In this document: piece after piece, positions 1 through 12,559 of the stretch
Layout of the letters: each line of letters begins with the position of its first letter
Numbering within the stretch: the first letter of the stretch is position 1
NCBI GenBank assembly: GCA_016748015.1
Contig: JAAOMT010000570.1
Coordinates: 805,231 to 869,230, forward strand
Source of the DNA: Geosiphon pyriformis uo1
Lineage: Eukaryota; Fungi; Glomeromycota
Length of the DNA: 64,000 nt
Reading direction: 5' to 3'
Notes under the pieces: model-generated
What the model was told of the DNA's origin: nothing
Database searches by the model: none
The model's input: only the letters and a program-made list of their open reading frames with translations
Program-made: the position numbers and the translations under genes

Positions 1-337
1 AATCTGTTCCTCGTTTACGACCAATAGTATCTATTCCACTTTTCACACTATTATAATTTATGATTGTAGCCCTTTTCCGAGTTCTTTTGCGTGTTTGGTC
101 AAAGCCACCTACCGCAGTTAACCAACTCCCAATCACGGTTGGATCAATAATAGCGCTGATGCGCGAAGCAACAAGTGAAGCACGCTGGTTTACTTCTCTT
201 GACGGGTCACGCTTATGATAAATTTGGTCTGGAGGAACACGCTGCTCTTCTGAAGAAGTAGCTTCTTGTTGAAAGCCTTCCAAGTCTTTATCTGTAGATG
301 GCTCTCTTCCAACTTCTAGGTCGGACGACCCTTCCAT
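1..337 (-). CDS. 5' part of an unidentified protein-coding gene running off the left edge (MEGSSDLEVGREPSTDKDLEGFQQEATSSEEQRVPPDQIYHKRDPSREVNQRASLVASRISAIIDPTVIGSWLTAVGGFDQTRKRTRKR...)
   Basis: ATG at 337-335 in a GCCGCCATGG context; stop-free for 112 codons to position 1; GC and CpG content like the other genes and unlike the flanking AT-rich DNA. Absent from the ORF track because no stop lies in the window. Confidence 0.65.
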   Translation of the reverse strand, partial: MEGSSDLEVGREPSTDKDLEGFQQEATSSEEQRVPPDQIYHKRDPSREVNQRASLVASRISAIIDPTVIGSWLTAVGGFDQTRKRTRKRATIINYNSVKSGIDTIGRKRGTD

Positions 338-529
338 GGCGGCGCTTTTATTTTGTCAGTTTGACAAATTCTACGCGCAATAGAAATTAATGTATTTGAC
401 GCGAGAAAAGTCCATATAATATGTTTATTTTTAAATTGAAATTCTCGAAAATCCACTATCTGCAATGATCGAATTCTGGTAAGGAAAGGGGTTTCAACAA
501 TGTCACACATAGATTTAAATCTTGATGGA

Positions 530-1000
530 AATTAATTTATTTTTTCTCTTTGATATACAAATTATTATTTATTTTGAAAACTGTAAAAATTAATTATATT
601 TTTATTATTTTATTGTTAAATTATTTAAAAATAAGTTTTTAATTTTAAATTGTTTAATGCATGTTTAAATAAATAAAATAATAAAATTTTTGTTTAATTA
701 TTATTATTGTTGTTAAATTTTGTTTATAATATTAAATAATTTTTACATAAATAAATATAATTAATTTTAATAAATAATATAAAATAAAAATAAAAAATTT
801 ACAAAATTAGAAGCAGAATTTTAATTAAAAATAAAGAAAATTAATTTCAACATAATTAAATAATAATAATTGATATTAATTAAACTAATTTTTGTTAATG
901 AAATATATATATAATTATTATGAAATTTAATATAATATATATTTTCTATTAATAAATTTTATTGACCAAATATTTTTAATTTAAAAAACCAATTTACGGT
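530..1000. other. Extremely AT-rich intergenic island, possibly a fully decayed repeat
   Basis: Almost no C or G, with a sharp compositional contrast to the flanks; resembles 7900-10100. Repeat origin is inference. Confidence 0.45.
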
Positions 1001-2602
1001 TTAGATTGCTTATCGGATAATCGAATCTACTAAAGTTAGATCTTAAGAAACATCAAGTTCAAATGTACTAAATGGTCAATGCAACTTTCTTCGGATTTTA
1101 CATCTTTGAATCAATATTTATTCACATTTTTTCCCACTTCTCGCTTCTCACGCAAAATTAAGATAGTCATTTTAATTTTTAGAAAAAAAAACAGAGAAAC
1201 ATGTGACCACTCATAATATTATAACAAATAATAAAATTTTTAAAAAACATTCCCCGATTCGGGGAAAAGAACGCTAGATTATTTTTGATAATTTCTTTCT
1301 TAACAAGAAATCAATTAAAAAAAATATTTGAAACCATGCAAGATATATACTAGAAATATATTTTTTTCTATATACATTCAAATTTCTTCCCACCACATCA
1401 TAAAATGAGACCATTTTTTCTTTGATTCGAAATTTTCCTCAAGTTTCTTTCAAATGAGCCTAATGTTTAGTCAACAACCACTTCTGTGGGGACAAATCAT
1501 ATTCCCTATATTATAAATTTTACAATAAGCACCTGAACAATTAGATCTAGGTCACTTTAATTTTCAATTCCTACTCCCATTCTTGGATTAGTAAATTTTT
1601 TTATCTTTCAACTTTCAAAACGTGTAAATTTGAAATTCTTTTTTGATCGCTTAAACAGGGAAAGTTTTGTTGTTCAAAAGAAATTCAGGAACAAGATTTG
1701 ATATCGTCTTTCATGTATCCCCCCTCCTCCCCCTCCAAATTCAGAAATTAACAATTATCCTCTGCGAGTTGGAACGCTGAAAGATAGCAGTATTTTTCGT
1801 ACTAAAATAATCCAATAACAAAAACGCAGTGTACAATACAACCTTATATCGAGTAAGAATCCAACCGAAGATGCAGGTTCTTGCATGAAAAAGAAAAAGA
1901 ATTTCACCGTGAAAATCTTTGTTATGTTGCTCAATCGATCACCTCTTTTTTTTAACATGCCTTCATCTTCGACCAATCAATCCTACTCATAATTACAAGG
2001 AAACTAAAAATAAATAGGGAAATTTCGCCGTTCGAGCCTCAAGCACGCACTCAAGCATATGACCTTTAAACCCCCTTTCCGTGATATAATAGTTCTAAAG
2101 ATTCCTGCGACGGTTCTTTTCTTCTCGATTTCTTTTTCCTAGTCACCCCTTCCTCTTTCCCCTCTATTATTAACTCCTTATTACGAATTTTTATTAAAAA
2201 TCAACTTTTCCTTACATTCAGGATCTTTCATATTTTAGAAATTAGGTTTGCTTGACGCGCGTGATTCAAAGGAATTTTTCTATTTATTCCATTCGCGTTC
2301 CTGCTCCTTTTCCACTTAAACACAATGTGCATTTGCTTGCTCTTGATCTCCTAAAAAAATTATATTACCCGATTCCTTCAGAATTTCAATAATTTTAGCT
2401 AATTTAAACAAATATCCACTTACTCATCTTTTAAAGAATTTTTTCAATTCAAGTTTTACACGCGACAAATCTATATAGCTCAATCTCAAACCCAAACATC
2501 TTCAACTTCAATAGCAAATAAACCTTATCGCACGTAAGTAGACAGCATAAAATCAAAGAGATAACCACCAAATAAAATATAATATAATATAAAAAAAGAA
2601 CA

Positions 2603-4849
2603 ATGCTTCTTAAAGGTATCCTCGTACCGTTTTTCCCGAATACTGGAACAAGAAATTTTGCACGTCGCCGTCATCGTCGTCACCGTAACCAAACCCAAAA
2701 TAATACCGGCCCAGAAAGCAGTAGTACTAGGAATAACTCTGAAACTTCACAAACTTTAAACTCAATATCCACAATGCGTTCCTCTATTAAAAATCATGTC
2801 TCGACCACTCCTAATGGTCCTGAAAGGATGGATTCAGCAATAGCCCTAATTGATGATGTTGAGCAAGATTCTAAGAAGGGTAAAGGGGCAGCTATTAGCA
2901 TTCTTGAACAGGCTAGTTTACCAGATCCATCTGTGATCATCCAAGATCCATTAGGAATTGATTTAAAAGGCAAGGAGAAACAAGTCAAAGAAGTTATTTG
3001 TCATTTCGAGAAGTTGCCTTTAGAAGTCAAAGTCAAGATTTTTAAATGGTTGGATGTGGTCGAAGTGATAAGGACATCAATGGTTAGTTTTTTGATAATT
3101 TCAAAAAAAAAATCTGGAAATTTTCGATAGAATAAATTGCAGCAACGATAGTTAACCCATTTTTGATATATTATTAGGTATGTCGGTCATGGCACAGTTT
3201 AGCGTTTGATGGCTCTTTATGGTCACAAATAGATGTTGCACCTTTCTATCAAAAAATATCAACTGATCAATTGATCGCATTATGGAAATCTGCTGGGGGC
3301 TTTCTAAAAGATGTCAATTTTCGGTATGTATTCAAATTTTATTCCTTTAAATTGATTTCGTACAATATGTTTGATAAAATCATTCGAAAAATCACATTCT
3401 AGTGGATGTGTTCAATTGACTGGTAAAAACCTACGCGAATTGGCACCTTATTGTCCCAACATCCAAACACTTCAGCTATCTGGTTGTCGTAATTTGGACT
3501 CTGGTGGAATCGACATTTTACTCTCCCATCTTCATAATCTACAAGAATTAAATCTCTCAGGCTTGGATTTGATAAGCACCCAAAATTCCTGCATACGCAC
3601 CCTGGCCAAACAGTGTAAAAGGCTAAAGAAAGTGAATCTGAGTTGGTGCCGTTATTTGAGCTCTAGAGATATAGAGATACTTGTGAAGGGCTGTAAAGAA
3701 TTGACCAGTTTAAAGTTAGACGGACAACCCGAGTTAATTGAATCAACCCTTGCTATGATTGGTGAATTACGCCATTTGCAAGTCCTTTCGCTTGATTCAT
3801 GTACAGCTATAAATGACAATCTTATTGCAGCTCTTTTTCAAACTGGTGGGGCTAATGATAATAGCTCGACTACAGCCGCCACAATGACAACCACCACATA
3901 TTCCTTGTCCCCACCTCCCATCACACATCTTAATCTTGCCAATAACCTCAACTTGACAGACACCGCCTTGCAGGATTTGGCTGATTTTTGTCCCACCTTG
4001 ACTCATTTACAATTACACGGTTGTCCAGGTTTTACCGACCATGGATTGATTTACCTTATCTCAAAATGTATAGAAATTCAGGCACTTGACTTGGAGGATT
4101 GTAACTCTGCAGTTAATGATGATGTTTTGAATGCAATCGCAAGACATCTCCCAAAACTACGAAGTGTCTGTCTAAGCTATTGTGAACAAATTACTGACGA
4201 TGCTGTCACCAATCTTTTACGTGAATGTACAAATATTTCACGTATTGATCTCGACCAATGTCAATCTTTGACAGATACCGTACTTCACAATATTGCCGAT
4301 ATATTGACAACCGCTGCATCCATGGGTTTGATTAGAGACCATTCCACGTATGCAAATAGTGTTATCGATGATGATTCTGCTAGTAGTAATAGTAATCAAT
4401 CTCCACAGCTAGCCTCCTTAGTTTCTCGTCGAAACAATATGCGACCAAAATTAATAGAAATAGAAATTTTTGATTGTCGGAATATTTCAATTGCTACAGT
4501 TCGGGAAACAGTCAAAAAGGTGTCTGCTGCTGGCGTACTGCTTAAGTTAAAAGGATATTATGCATGGCAAGCAACCAGGAATCCTCGTAATCGAAATGAG
4601 GATAATAACGGTGGCGGTGAGGAAGAAGATGAGGATAGTGGAAGAAATAATACTGCAGGAAACGGGGGACATCCTTCATTCTGGTCCAGGAGTAGAATAT
4701 TCAGACATTTACGTAATGGAGATATCATTCCTGATATGGCAATGAGGTTTCAATTCCAAACAGCTTTTCGAGGCGCAGGATATAGAGCAGGAAATGGTGG
4801 TCATAATGCTGGCCACGGAAGAAGATTGGGTCAGTGTATTATACTATGA
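2603..4849 (+). CDS. F-box/leucine-rich-repeat protein, FBXL2/FBXL20-like; 3 exons (2603-3082, 3178-3323, 3403-4849)
   Basis: Removing GT-AG introns 3083-3177 and 3324-3402 gives the F-box LPLEVKVKIFKWLDVVEVIRTSMVCRSWHSLAFDGSLWSQID, then GGFLKDVNFRGC, many cysteine-containing LRRs (LxxLxLxxCxxITD) and a C-terminal CAAX box (CIIL). Confidence 0.92.
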
Positions 4850-5787
4850 ATGCTATTTATGGACGCCCTTTTGCAAGATAGAAGTTAGATGTATGGTGCA
4901 ATGAATTAATTAATAGAGATTTTAAGACAGGAAAAGGATAGGCAACATCATATTTTGGTAGATTAGAAGATTATTTAATTTACTCAATTTTGGTTTTCTT
5001 GTATTCTTTATAATTTTTGGCTCTCCTTAACTTAGATCAGGAAAAAAGTGAGGGAATAATTTTGTGGCGTTGATTCCTTTTTTATATATTTTCTTTTTCC
5101 TATTCCCATTTTTTATGTTAAACTTTTTAATCCTCTTAAAGGTGGGCCTGCTTTATCTATTTTGCGTCGCCTCTTTAAATATTATTTCCCTATATTTTGT
5201 ATATTCTGTAAATCCTTTTATATTAAACCTTTCCCTTATTTTTCCCTTGACGTCACAATATCAACCAAGAAACACAAATCTATTCTCACTATCTAGATTT
5301 CATCAGTTTCATATCCCATTTTTGTACTTTTGTATCTATCTTTAGATATTTTTCCTATGTATATACCTTTTTCACTTTTGGGTGTCCTTTTGATGTTTAT
5401 ATCCTTGTTCTTTCAATAACATTTTTACACCATTTATAAATTTGGCAATTCATGATATATTATTATTGCCGCTTGGTGATTCTGAACAATTTTTTTTAGA
5501 TTGAAAAAATAACAATTATATAGAGTTAGCAGTAGCAGGTGTTTTGTTAAAAGAATGCCCTGGTTTGGCATCAGAAAACAGTTGGTTGAGAATTTGGGTT
5601 GTTATTCTTCCTTGGTATATACGTACATATCCGATCGAGTTTGTGATTATTTTTTCTATTTGTAAAATTTCAAAAACACGAAAAAAGAAAAAAATGACTT
5701 GTTTGTTAAGTTTTCGAAAAGTAACTTAAATCGAATGTGGGATATAGGATTATTTTTAACTTTGTCGACTCTGATTTTGTAATTTTA

Positions 5788-7442
5788 TTATTTCATCTCT
5801 TCCTGGGAATTGTTCCATGCGATACAGTCTTGAAATTTTACTCTATCACCACCAAATAGATCTAGGGCACTGATTTTCAGATAGGCTTTTAATTCTACAG
5901 TTCGTAGTAAAAGCAAGCGGGACAAGATAAATAAACCAACCCAGTACCTGCCAAATGTCAAATCAACTTTACCGTTTGAGAGACGGTTCACGAGCTCGAG
6001 GTCTGTTATCGCTTTTAGTTTTTTTTTTAATTGATTCATTTGAAGACTAAGTAAACCTATATATTCGATTCATGAATCAAAAAATAAAAACAATAACAAT
6101 AACTTGCAATTTGCTCCACCCGCATACGTAGTTGGTATCCGGGTCCATTTCCCTAGACCTTTTTCAAATCATTGAAAATACAGTTTTAAAAGATTATTTA
6201 AGGTATCTGAATTCAATAATAAGAGAGTAGGAGGAAGATGAAAGTAATCACATTCGACCAGCTCCGTATCGATCCCCTGACATAGACCTTCAACGTCTGC
6301 TGCGTGGATTAGAAACTCGCTGTTGGGTTAGATCAAGAGTTTTTAATTAAGAGTTATTGATTATGATCCAACGTAATTATATTTCGGAGGTTGAACTTTA
6401 GGTTTCGAGGAGGGAAATAATTACCTGCAATAATCTGAGATAAAATCTAATGTGTCTAGAATCAGGTTTTCGGCCCATTTAAAAATACGTAAGCTGAATC
6501 AGCCAGGAAAAGGGCTAAATTTCAATGAAAAATAAACGCGCATAATTTTCCCAAGATTTACCCTGGTTCACCTCGAGATCGGTCATTGTCTGCCACTTAT
6601 TCATTGCCACAATCCATTTGTTTCCTCGGCGACGACAACTAAGATGAGAAATTTCAAGTAAATGTGTGACGATCTTATAATTTTAGAACTTTTGGATTTT
6701 CGAACCTTTCTTTGAAGATTTCTTACCTGAGATCAACCACTACGCGATTTTTTCCAATTTTCGATGATATAGCTTCTAGACGCTTTCGCGAGAATTTGGC
6801 TTCCGGAAAGAGATAGGATGTTATGATCACCTTTTAGCAGATCGAATGATAGGTAAGATAAAAAATTATTTGACAGGACTAAAAACATGAATTCACTATT
6901 GAACAAATTGATTTAATTAGAGGATCAAGGCCCAACCAACTAAATTTTCAAGAGACAAATCACCTTCTCAGCACCAGCATTAATCCAATCCTGTGCATTT
7001 TCGAGATTGATGCCACCACCAATTTGAAGACCATCTTTCGGAAGTCCAATAAAAAAGAGATCACGAATTATTAACGCGTACTTTTAAAATTAGTATTTCA
7101 CAAGAAAATTTTTAATCGGACCTGGCCATGCGCTCAATGCTTTTTTGGCCGCCGCATCGTTTCCAGCCCCCAGTTTTATCACGTGAGCGCCCGTGAGATT
7201 GTATTGCTTATAGAGGGTTGCATAATAGCTTGGTGTTTCGCTTTTGGCCAATTCAATTGAAAATTTTTAGGATCATGAAGAATTTGAATTTTTGGACGCG
7301 ATTAATAAATTTAAATTATATACTCTGACACAAAATTTGTCTTCAATTCTTCAGGGTTTGATTCGTTCAAGGAAGCACCAACGATTTGTTTCACTTGTCC
7401 ATGATGCAGGTCGATGCATGGTCGAAATTTTGTGCGTGTCAT
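5788..7442 (-). CDS. HIS6: ProFAR isomerase of histidine biosynthesis (HisA/His6, eukaryotic type), 10 exons
   Basis: Spliced translation gives [101 protein letters not shown], all diagnostic His6 motifs. Nine short introns, one with a GC donor. Confidence 0.96.
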
Positions 7443-7899
7443 TATTTTGAGGGGGAGATTTGATTAAAGATCTCTTCGCATGGATTTGTATTTTTGAGAA
7501 ATTCAAATTGATCAAATCTGAAGACTGGGCAATTAGCTCAGCCTCTTTTTTGGGGAAGCTCTAGCCACCACCTCTTTCTGGTAGCCCTCATTAAATTAGT
7601 GATTAAAAGGTAAAATATCAGAGTAATAGTCACTAATTATCACATTTTACTTTTTTTTTTCGCATGTGTAAATCTTAATTTATGAAAAATTTTGATATTC
7701 TCTTTTAAACAAAATTTACTTTTATAATCATGTCCAGTAAATTATAGAAATATTTTTCAATTAAAATTCTGCAAGCTGGAACATTCTCGACTTTTTAATA
7801 GATTATTACATAAAGTGTCTTAAAACAATTGCTAACTCTAATTGAAAAGATAATTAGAAAGAAGTGATATAATGAAAGACTTAATTAGTATTAACAGTT

Positions 7900-10100
7900 G
7901 AAATTTGAACCTTAATTCTTTTATTAAATTAATATTATGTTATTATTTCATATATTATACATTAATTATTTAATTACTAATATTTAACTTATTTTTTATT
8001 TTTATTTTTATTTTATTATAATATAAACTAATAATTTCAAAGTTTATTAATTATAAATTTAATTTTTTAAATTTTAAAAATTAAAACTTAAAACTTTTAA
8101 ATAAATAAAAATTAGAACTTAACAATAAAAATTTTTTTTAAGAATATAAAGATGGTTTTTTTCATATTCAATTTTTATATTAATCAATTAAACCATTTAA
8201 AAAAAATTGAATAATTAATATAAAAATTTCAAGGATTTTTTTTCTTAAATTTTTAAGTCTTACATAATCAATAAGCTGAAAATATTTATTTTAATTAAAG
8301 TTTTTTTAAAATAACATATTAAAACCAATTTTAATATTATTACTACTATTACAAAAAACTTTAAATCTCAATAATAAATCAGTAATAAATTATTGTTTTT
8401 TAAATTATTTTAAATTATTTTTTTTAAATAATTAAAAAAAAATGAATAAAAAGCTATTATTAACTTTTAAATAAATTAAAACAACAAATTTTTTTGTAAT
8501 TTAAAAAAAATTGAATTTTAAATAACTATAAATTACATGATAATTGCATTTTTTAATTAATATTATAAATTAAAATCTATTATATTTACCAGAATTATAA
8601 TTTATAATTTATATTTAAGTTTTTAAGGAGTAAATTTTTATTAAAAAAGATTTTTGTTTTTAAAATTGTAATTCTGTTGTAATTTCTGTTTTTAGTTTTT
8701 GTTATTAAGTTTTATTTGTTATTTTCAATAATAAAATTAAATTTTATGTTAAAATTTAAATATAAAAACTAATTAAATTTTGTTTAATTTATTAATTGTA
8801 TTAATTATTTTTTTGTTAAATACAAAAATAAGTAATAAATTTATAATTATAAAAACCCAATTAAAAAATTTTACAAAATTTGTAAAAAAACCAATTAATA
8901 ATTTTTTAATAATAAAAATATATACTTTTTAAATTGTTTTTGCTATATAATATTTTTTATTATATAATAATTATTAATAATTAATAATATAAATTTTTAT
9001 TAGTTAATATGGTTTAATATTTTGTTAATAAATATATAATATATATTATTTATTTATTTAAAAAATTATTTATTTTATTTAAAAAAATACAAATTTAAAT
9101 TTATTAATTGTAATAAAATATTAAAAACTTATTACATATTTTATTATTAAAAACTAATAACTTTTTGAATTTATAAAGCAATTTTGAATTGTTAAAAACA
9201 ATTTTTTTTTTAAATAAAAGTTTTTTTATTTAAAAATTTTTAAAATAATTTATTAAAGCCAATTTTAATAATAATAATAATATTTTTATAGGCTAATAAC
9301 AAAGTTATTTTTTTAAGCAACTTTTTTTTTGCTTAAATAACCAAAAAACTCAATTTTTTTTAATAATATTTTTTAATGTTTTTACTAATATTATAATATT
9401 AATATAATTATAGTATTTAATTAAAAATAATAAATTTTATTATTAAATACAACTTAAATTAATTGGCTTTATTGTTTAATATAATAAATTTTGATTAATT
9501 ATTATTGGTCTTAAAAACAAATTAAATTATATATTATTTAAAAATTAGACCAATAAAATAAAAACTGATGCTTTTTTTTAATAATATTTAAATAACTATT
9601 ATTATTAAAATTTTTAAATAGTTAATCTTTGCTTTAATGTTTAATATTTTTTTTAAAAACAAAATAATTTATATTAAAACTTTATTTTAATTAATTTTAT
9701 TAATATAAAGTTAATTATTAAAAACAATATAATTTTTTTTGTATAAAATTTATATTTTAAGATTTTTTAAATATTGTTGTTATTTTAAAATTTGTTATTT
9801 TTTTATTATTTTTAAATTTACAAAATTTTTTATAATATTTTTTAAATATTATTAATTTATAACAAAATATTATTATTTATTTTAAATTTTTTAAAGCTTT
9901 TAAAACTGTTTTTGCTTATTAGTTTATTTTGGTAAAAAAATAATATTTAAATTTTTTTAATTTTGTTTTAATAAGAAATAATTTTTTTTTAATTTTTTTT
10001 TGGTTGTATTATTTTTAAAATAAATAATATAATTCATTAAATATATAATTAGTTAAATATATAATTAAACATGTTTATTTTCAAATTATCTGTTTTTAAT
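7900..10100. other. Hyper-AT-rich block at the gene/repeat boundary, probably terminally decayed transposon DNA
   Basis: Very few G/C, no ORFs, faint internal similarity (about 8290-8350 vs 9230-9290); grades into recognisable decayed elements. Confidence 0.5.
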
Positions 10101-12410
10101 TATTATTAAAAATATAAAGATAATTTTAAACAACTTTTTGTTTTCTTAATTTTATGACTATAATCAAAGCAAAGAGTAAAAAAGCTATAACTAGTACTTT
10201 TTTTTGGTATTTTACAAAGTTTCAATCAGAAAAGTTCTTTTTGTTGTAAAAACAGCTAAACAGAATATTTTAGAAGTCTTTTTCTTATTTAGTAATTATA
10301 AAAAACTGTTTTTAATAGCTACTAAAGCATTTTTTTATTTTTGGCTGGTTTTTTACCAATCAAAGTTTTTTTAAAGAGATATATTTAAATTAGTTCCAAT
10401 ATTGTTTCCACTTTATCTAAAAGTTCAAAAATTTTTAATAACAAATTAGTTAACAAACTGGTCTTTTTTTTAATAGTTTTTATATTTGGTATTGCTAATA
10501 CTACTTTTTCAAAAAATATTATTAAAAAGACCAAAGATTTAAAAAAGTGAAAGCAGTTACTTATTTCAGCTATTGTTATACTAAATCTATTTGTAGTTCT
10601 TAATAAGATCTTAAATAAAATTTCTGTTATATTATTCAGCATATTATTTAAGATAAGCCAAGATTAACCATTAACTGTATTGCCAAATATGGTGTTTTCT
10701 AACAGACTATTATCAGTTTTAAAAGCAAAACAACTATTTTTTGTAAAATTATCTATTCTTAAAAACTGAACTAACTAAATAAAAATTGAATTATTTTTTT
10801 TGTTGATTTCTAATATTGTTATTAGTAGTACTTAGAAAACTATTTCTAGTTGTTAAAGATTTGCCGAGTGAATGATCTTTATTTTGATGTTTAGTGTTAC
10901 TTTTAAAATCAAATTAGCATATATTAAGACTGTTTTCTAGTCTATACATAATTTTTTGGATATAAAGTCAATGTCAAAAAACAATATAAAGCTTTTTTAT
11001 ATGAAGTTTGCTTCTTAAAAGTTTTTGAAAACTGTTTTTTTGGTTGAACTTACAAGTTTTGTTTGTTTAGCCACTCTTAAAATTGCCAAGTTTTTGGTAA
11101 TTTTTGAGTCTGGTTCTTTTTCTACTGCTGTTGTATTGTGTAATATGTTTTTAAGTATATTTGCTGTTAATATTAAGACAGCTCTTAGTGTGTTTGGTAA
11201 AATTGTTCATATAATGTTAAAGTTTGCTGGTATTTGGCAATATATAATTGTTTATTTTAAAAAACTGAATTCTGTTGTATTTACCTTAAATTATTAGTTA
11301 GTTTTGGTAAATAAAAATAGTATTAAGATTTTTTTTTAGTAAATTAAAATAAAACTATTATATTTTATAATAAGTTTAAAGCCAAGTTAGTTAATTTTTT
11401 CTTTGGCTATACTGACTTTGAAATTAGTGATATGATTTTTTAAGTTGGTAGTTAAACATGTTTTATTCTTTACTTTTTTGATTCTGGTTATTGTTTCTGG
11501 TTTGCTTTGATTACATTTAAATCTTAAATAGATTTGTATACTGCTATAAGCAAAACTAGTATGCTAAAAAAGTGCTGTATCTGATAAAAAACTCCTGGCT
11601 ATTAATATTGTTTTAAGTGTTAAGAAGTAGACCATTTGACTGTAGATTATAAAATGTCTCCACTTTTTTTTTTAAGGCTTTTAAGATATTTACATCATAT
11701 TTTATAAGCTTTAAGTTTTATACCAAAGCTTTTGCTCTTTTAAGCTTTTTTGAATTTCTATTTTTGACAATTTCTGCTTTCTTTTTAACTGTAGTTAATA
11801 ATTCTTTGATGCTGTCTTAATTGTTTTCTTTGGAATCTGATCTGACCAAACTTTCTGCATTGGTTGGATCAATTGTTAAGTCAGTTGGCTCCTTGGTTAC
11901 TATATTTGAACAGTTTATTAATAATAATTTGGTTTTAAGCAATGTTCTTAGTCTTAAGATTAATAAATTTATAGTTTATCTGAATTTTTTTAACAAAGTT
12001 GTTAGTATGTTGAGAAGAAAAGTGGTTTTACTAAAAAAAAGTGCTATATAGATAATATTAACATATCTGGTAATTCAAATTCTCCAGTTAATATTGATAA
12101 TAATACATTTTCTAATTTGATGTTTCTTTGGACATATAAGTCTAATAATATTAAAACTGATCCTTTAAAGACAACTGAATAGCTGGTTGGATTAATTCTT
12201 TGTAGTATTAGATTATTTAATGTAGTTTAAAAAATATCAACTTTGAATAAGTTTACTTCTATTGTAACAATATAACATAGTTTAAACTGGCTTAAGTAGC
12301 TGATTATATGTAGAAAATGCATAAACTATATTTAGTTTAAAACACTTAATTTGTTTTAAAGTATTAAATAGTAGTTAGATTATACTTATTAAACTTAATA
12401 AAAAAAATAT
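10100..12410 (+). mobile_element. Decayed non-autonomous non-LTR element with a single ORF1-like gene (about 10154-12275) followed directly by a LINE-type 3' UTR and poly(A)
   Basis: Broken ORF with motifs matching LINE ORF1 (AVVLCNM..NIKTALSVFGKI, GIWQYIIVYF; decayed knuckle CFKC*EVDHLTVDY near 11608-11650). The tail at 12285-12410 aligns to the LINE tails at 19220-19340 and 34520-34645. No APE or RT in between. Confidence 0.75.
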
Positions 12411-12559
12411 ATTATCATTATTTTTAAATTTTTAAATAATTTTAATAACAATAATAATATTATTATTAAAAATAATATTTTAAAAAAATTTATATTTTAT
12501 AAAAAATTCTTAAATATTATTATTATTAAAGTATAAATTATAAAAATATTTTAAAATAA

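Noticed and set aside
316-1976. Short minus-strand ORFs 316-510 and 1755-1976
   Set aside because: No domain features. The first overlaps the better-supported start at 337 in another frame; the second lies in presumptive promoter DNA.
5064-5729. Small hydrophobic ORFs between the F-box gene and HIS6
   Set aside because: They start at GTG/TTG and reflect T-rich convergent 3' UTR sequence; no recognisable motif.
7885-7920. Possible decayed tRNA or SINE B-box (GAAATTTGAACC)
   Set aside because: No cloverleaf or A-box can be recovered; too degenerate to support.
9502-9556. Perfect 10-bp inverted repeat TTATTGGTCT / AGACCAATAA
   Set aside because: Short, isolated and in very low-complexity DNA; chance cannot be excluded.
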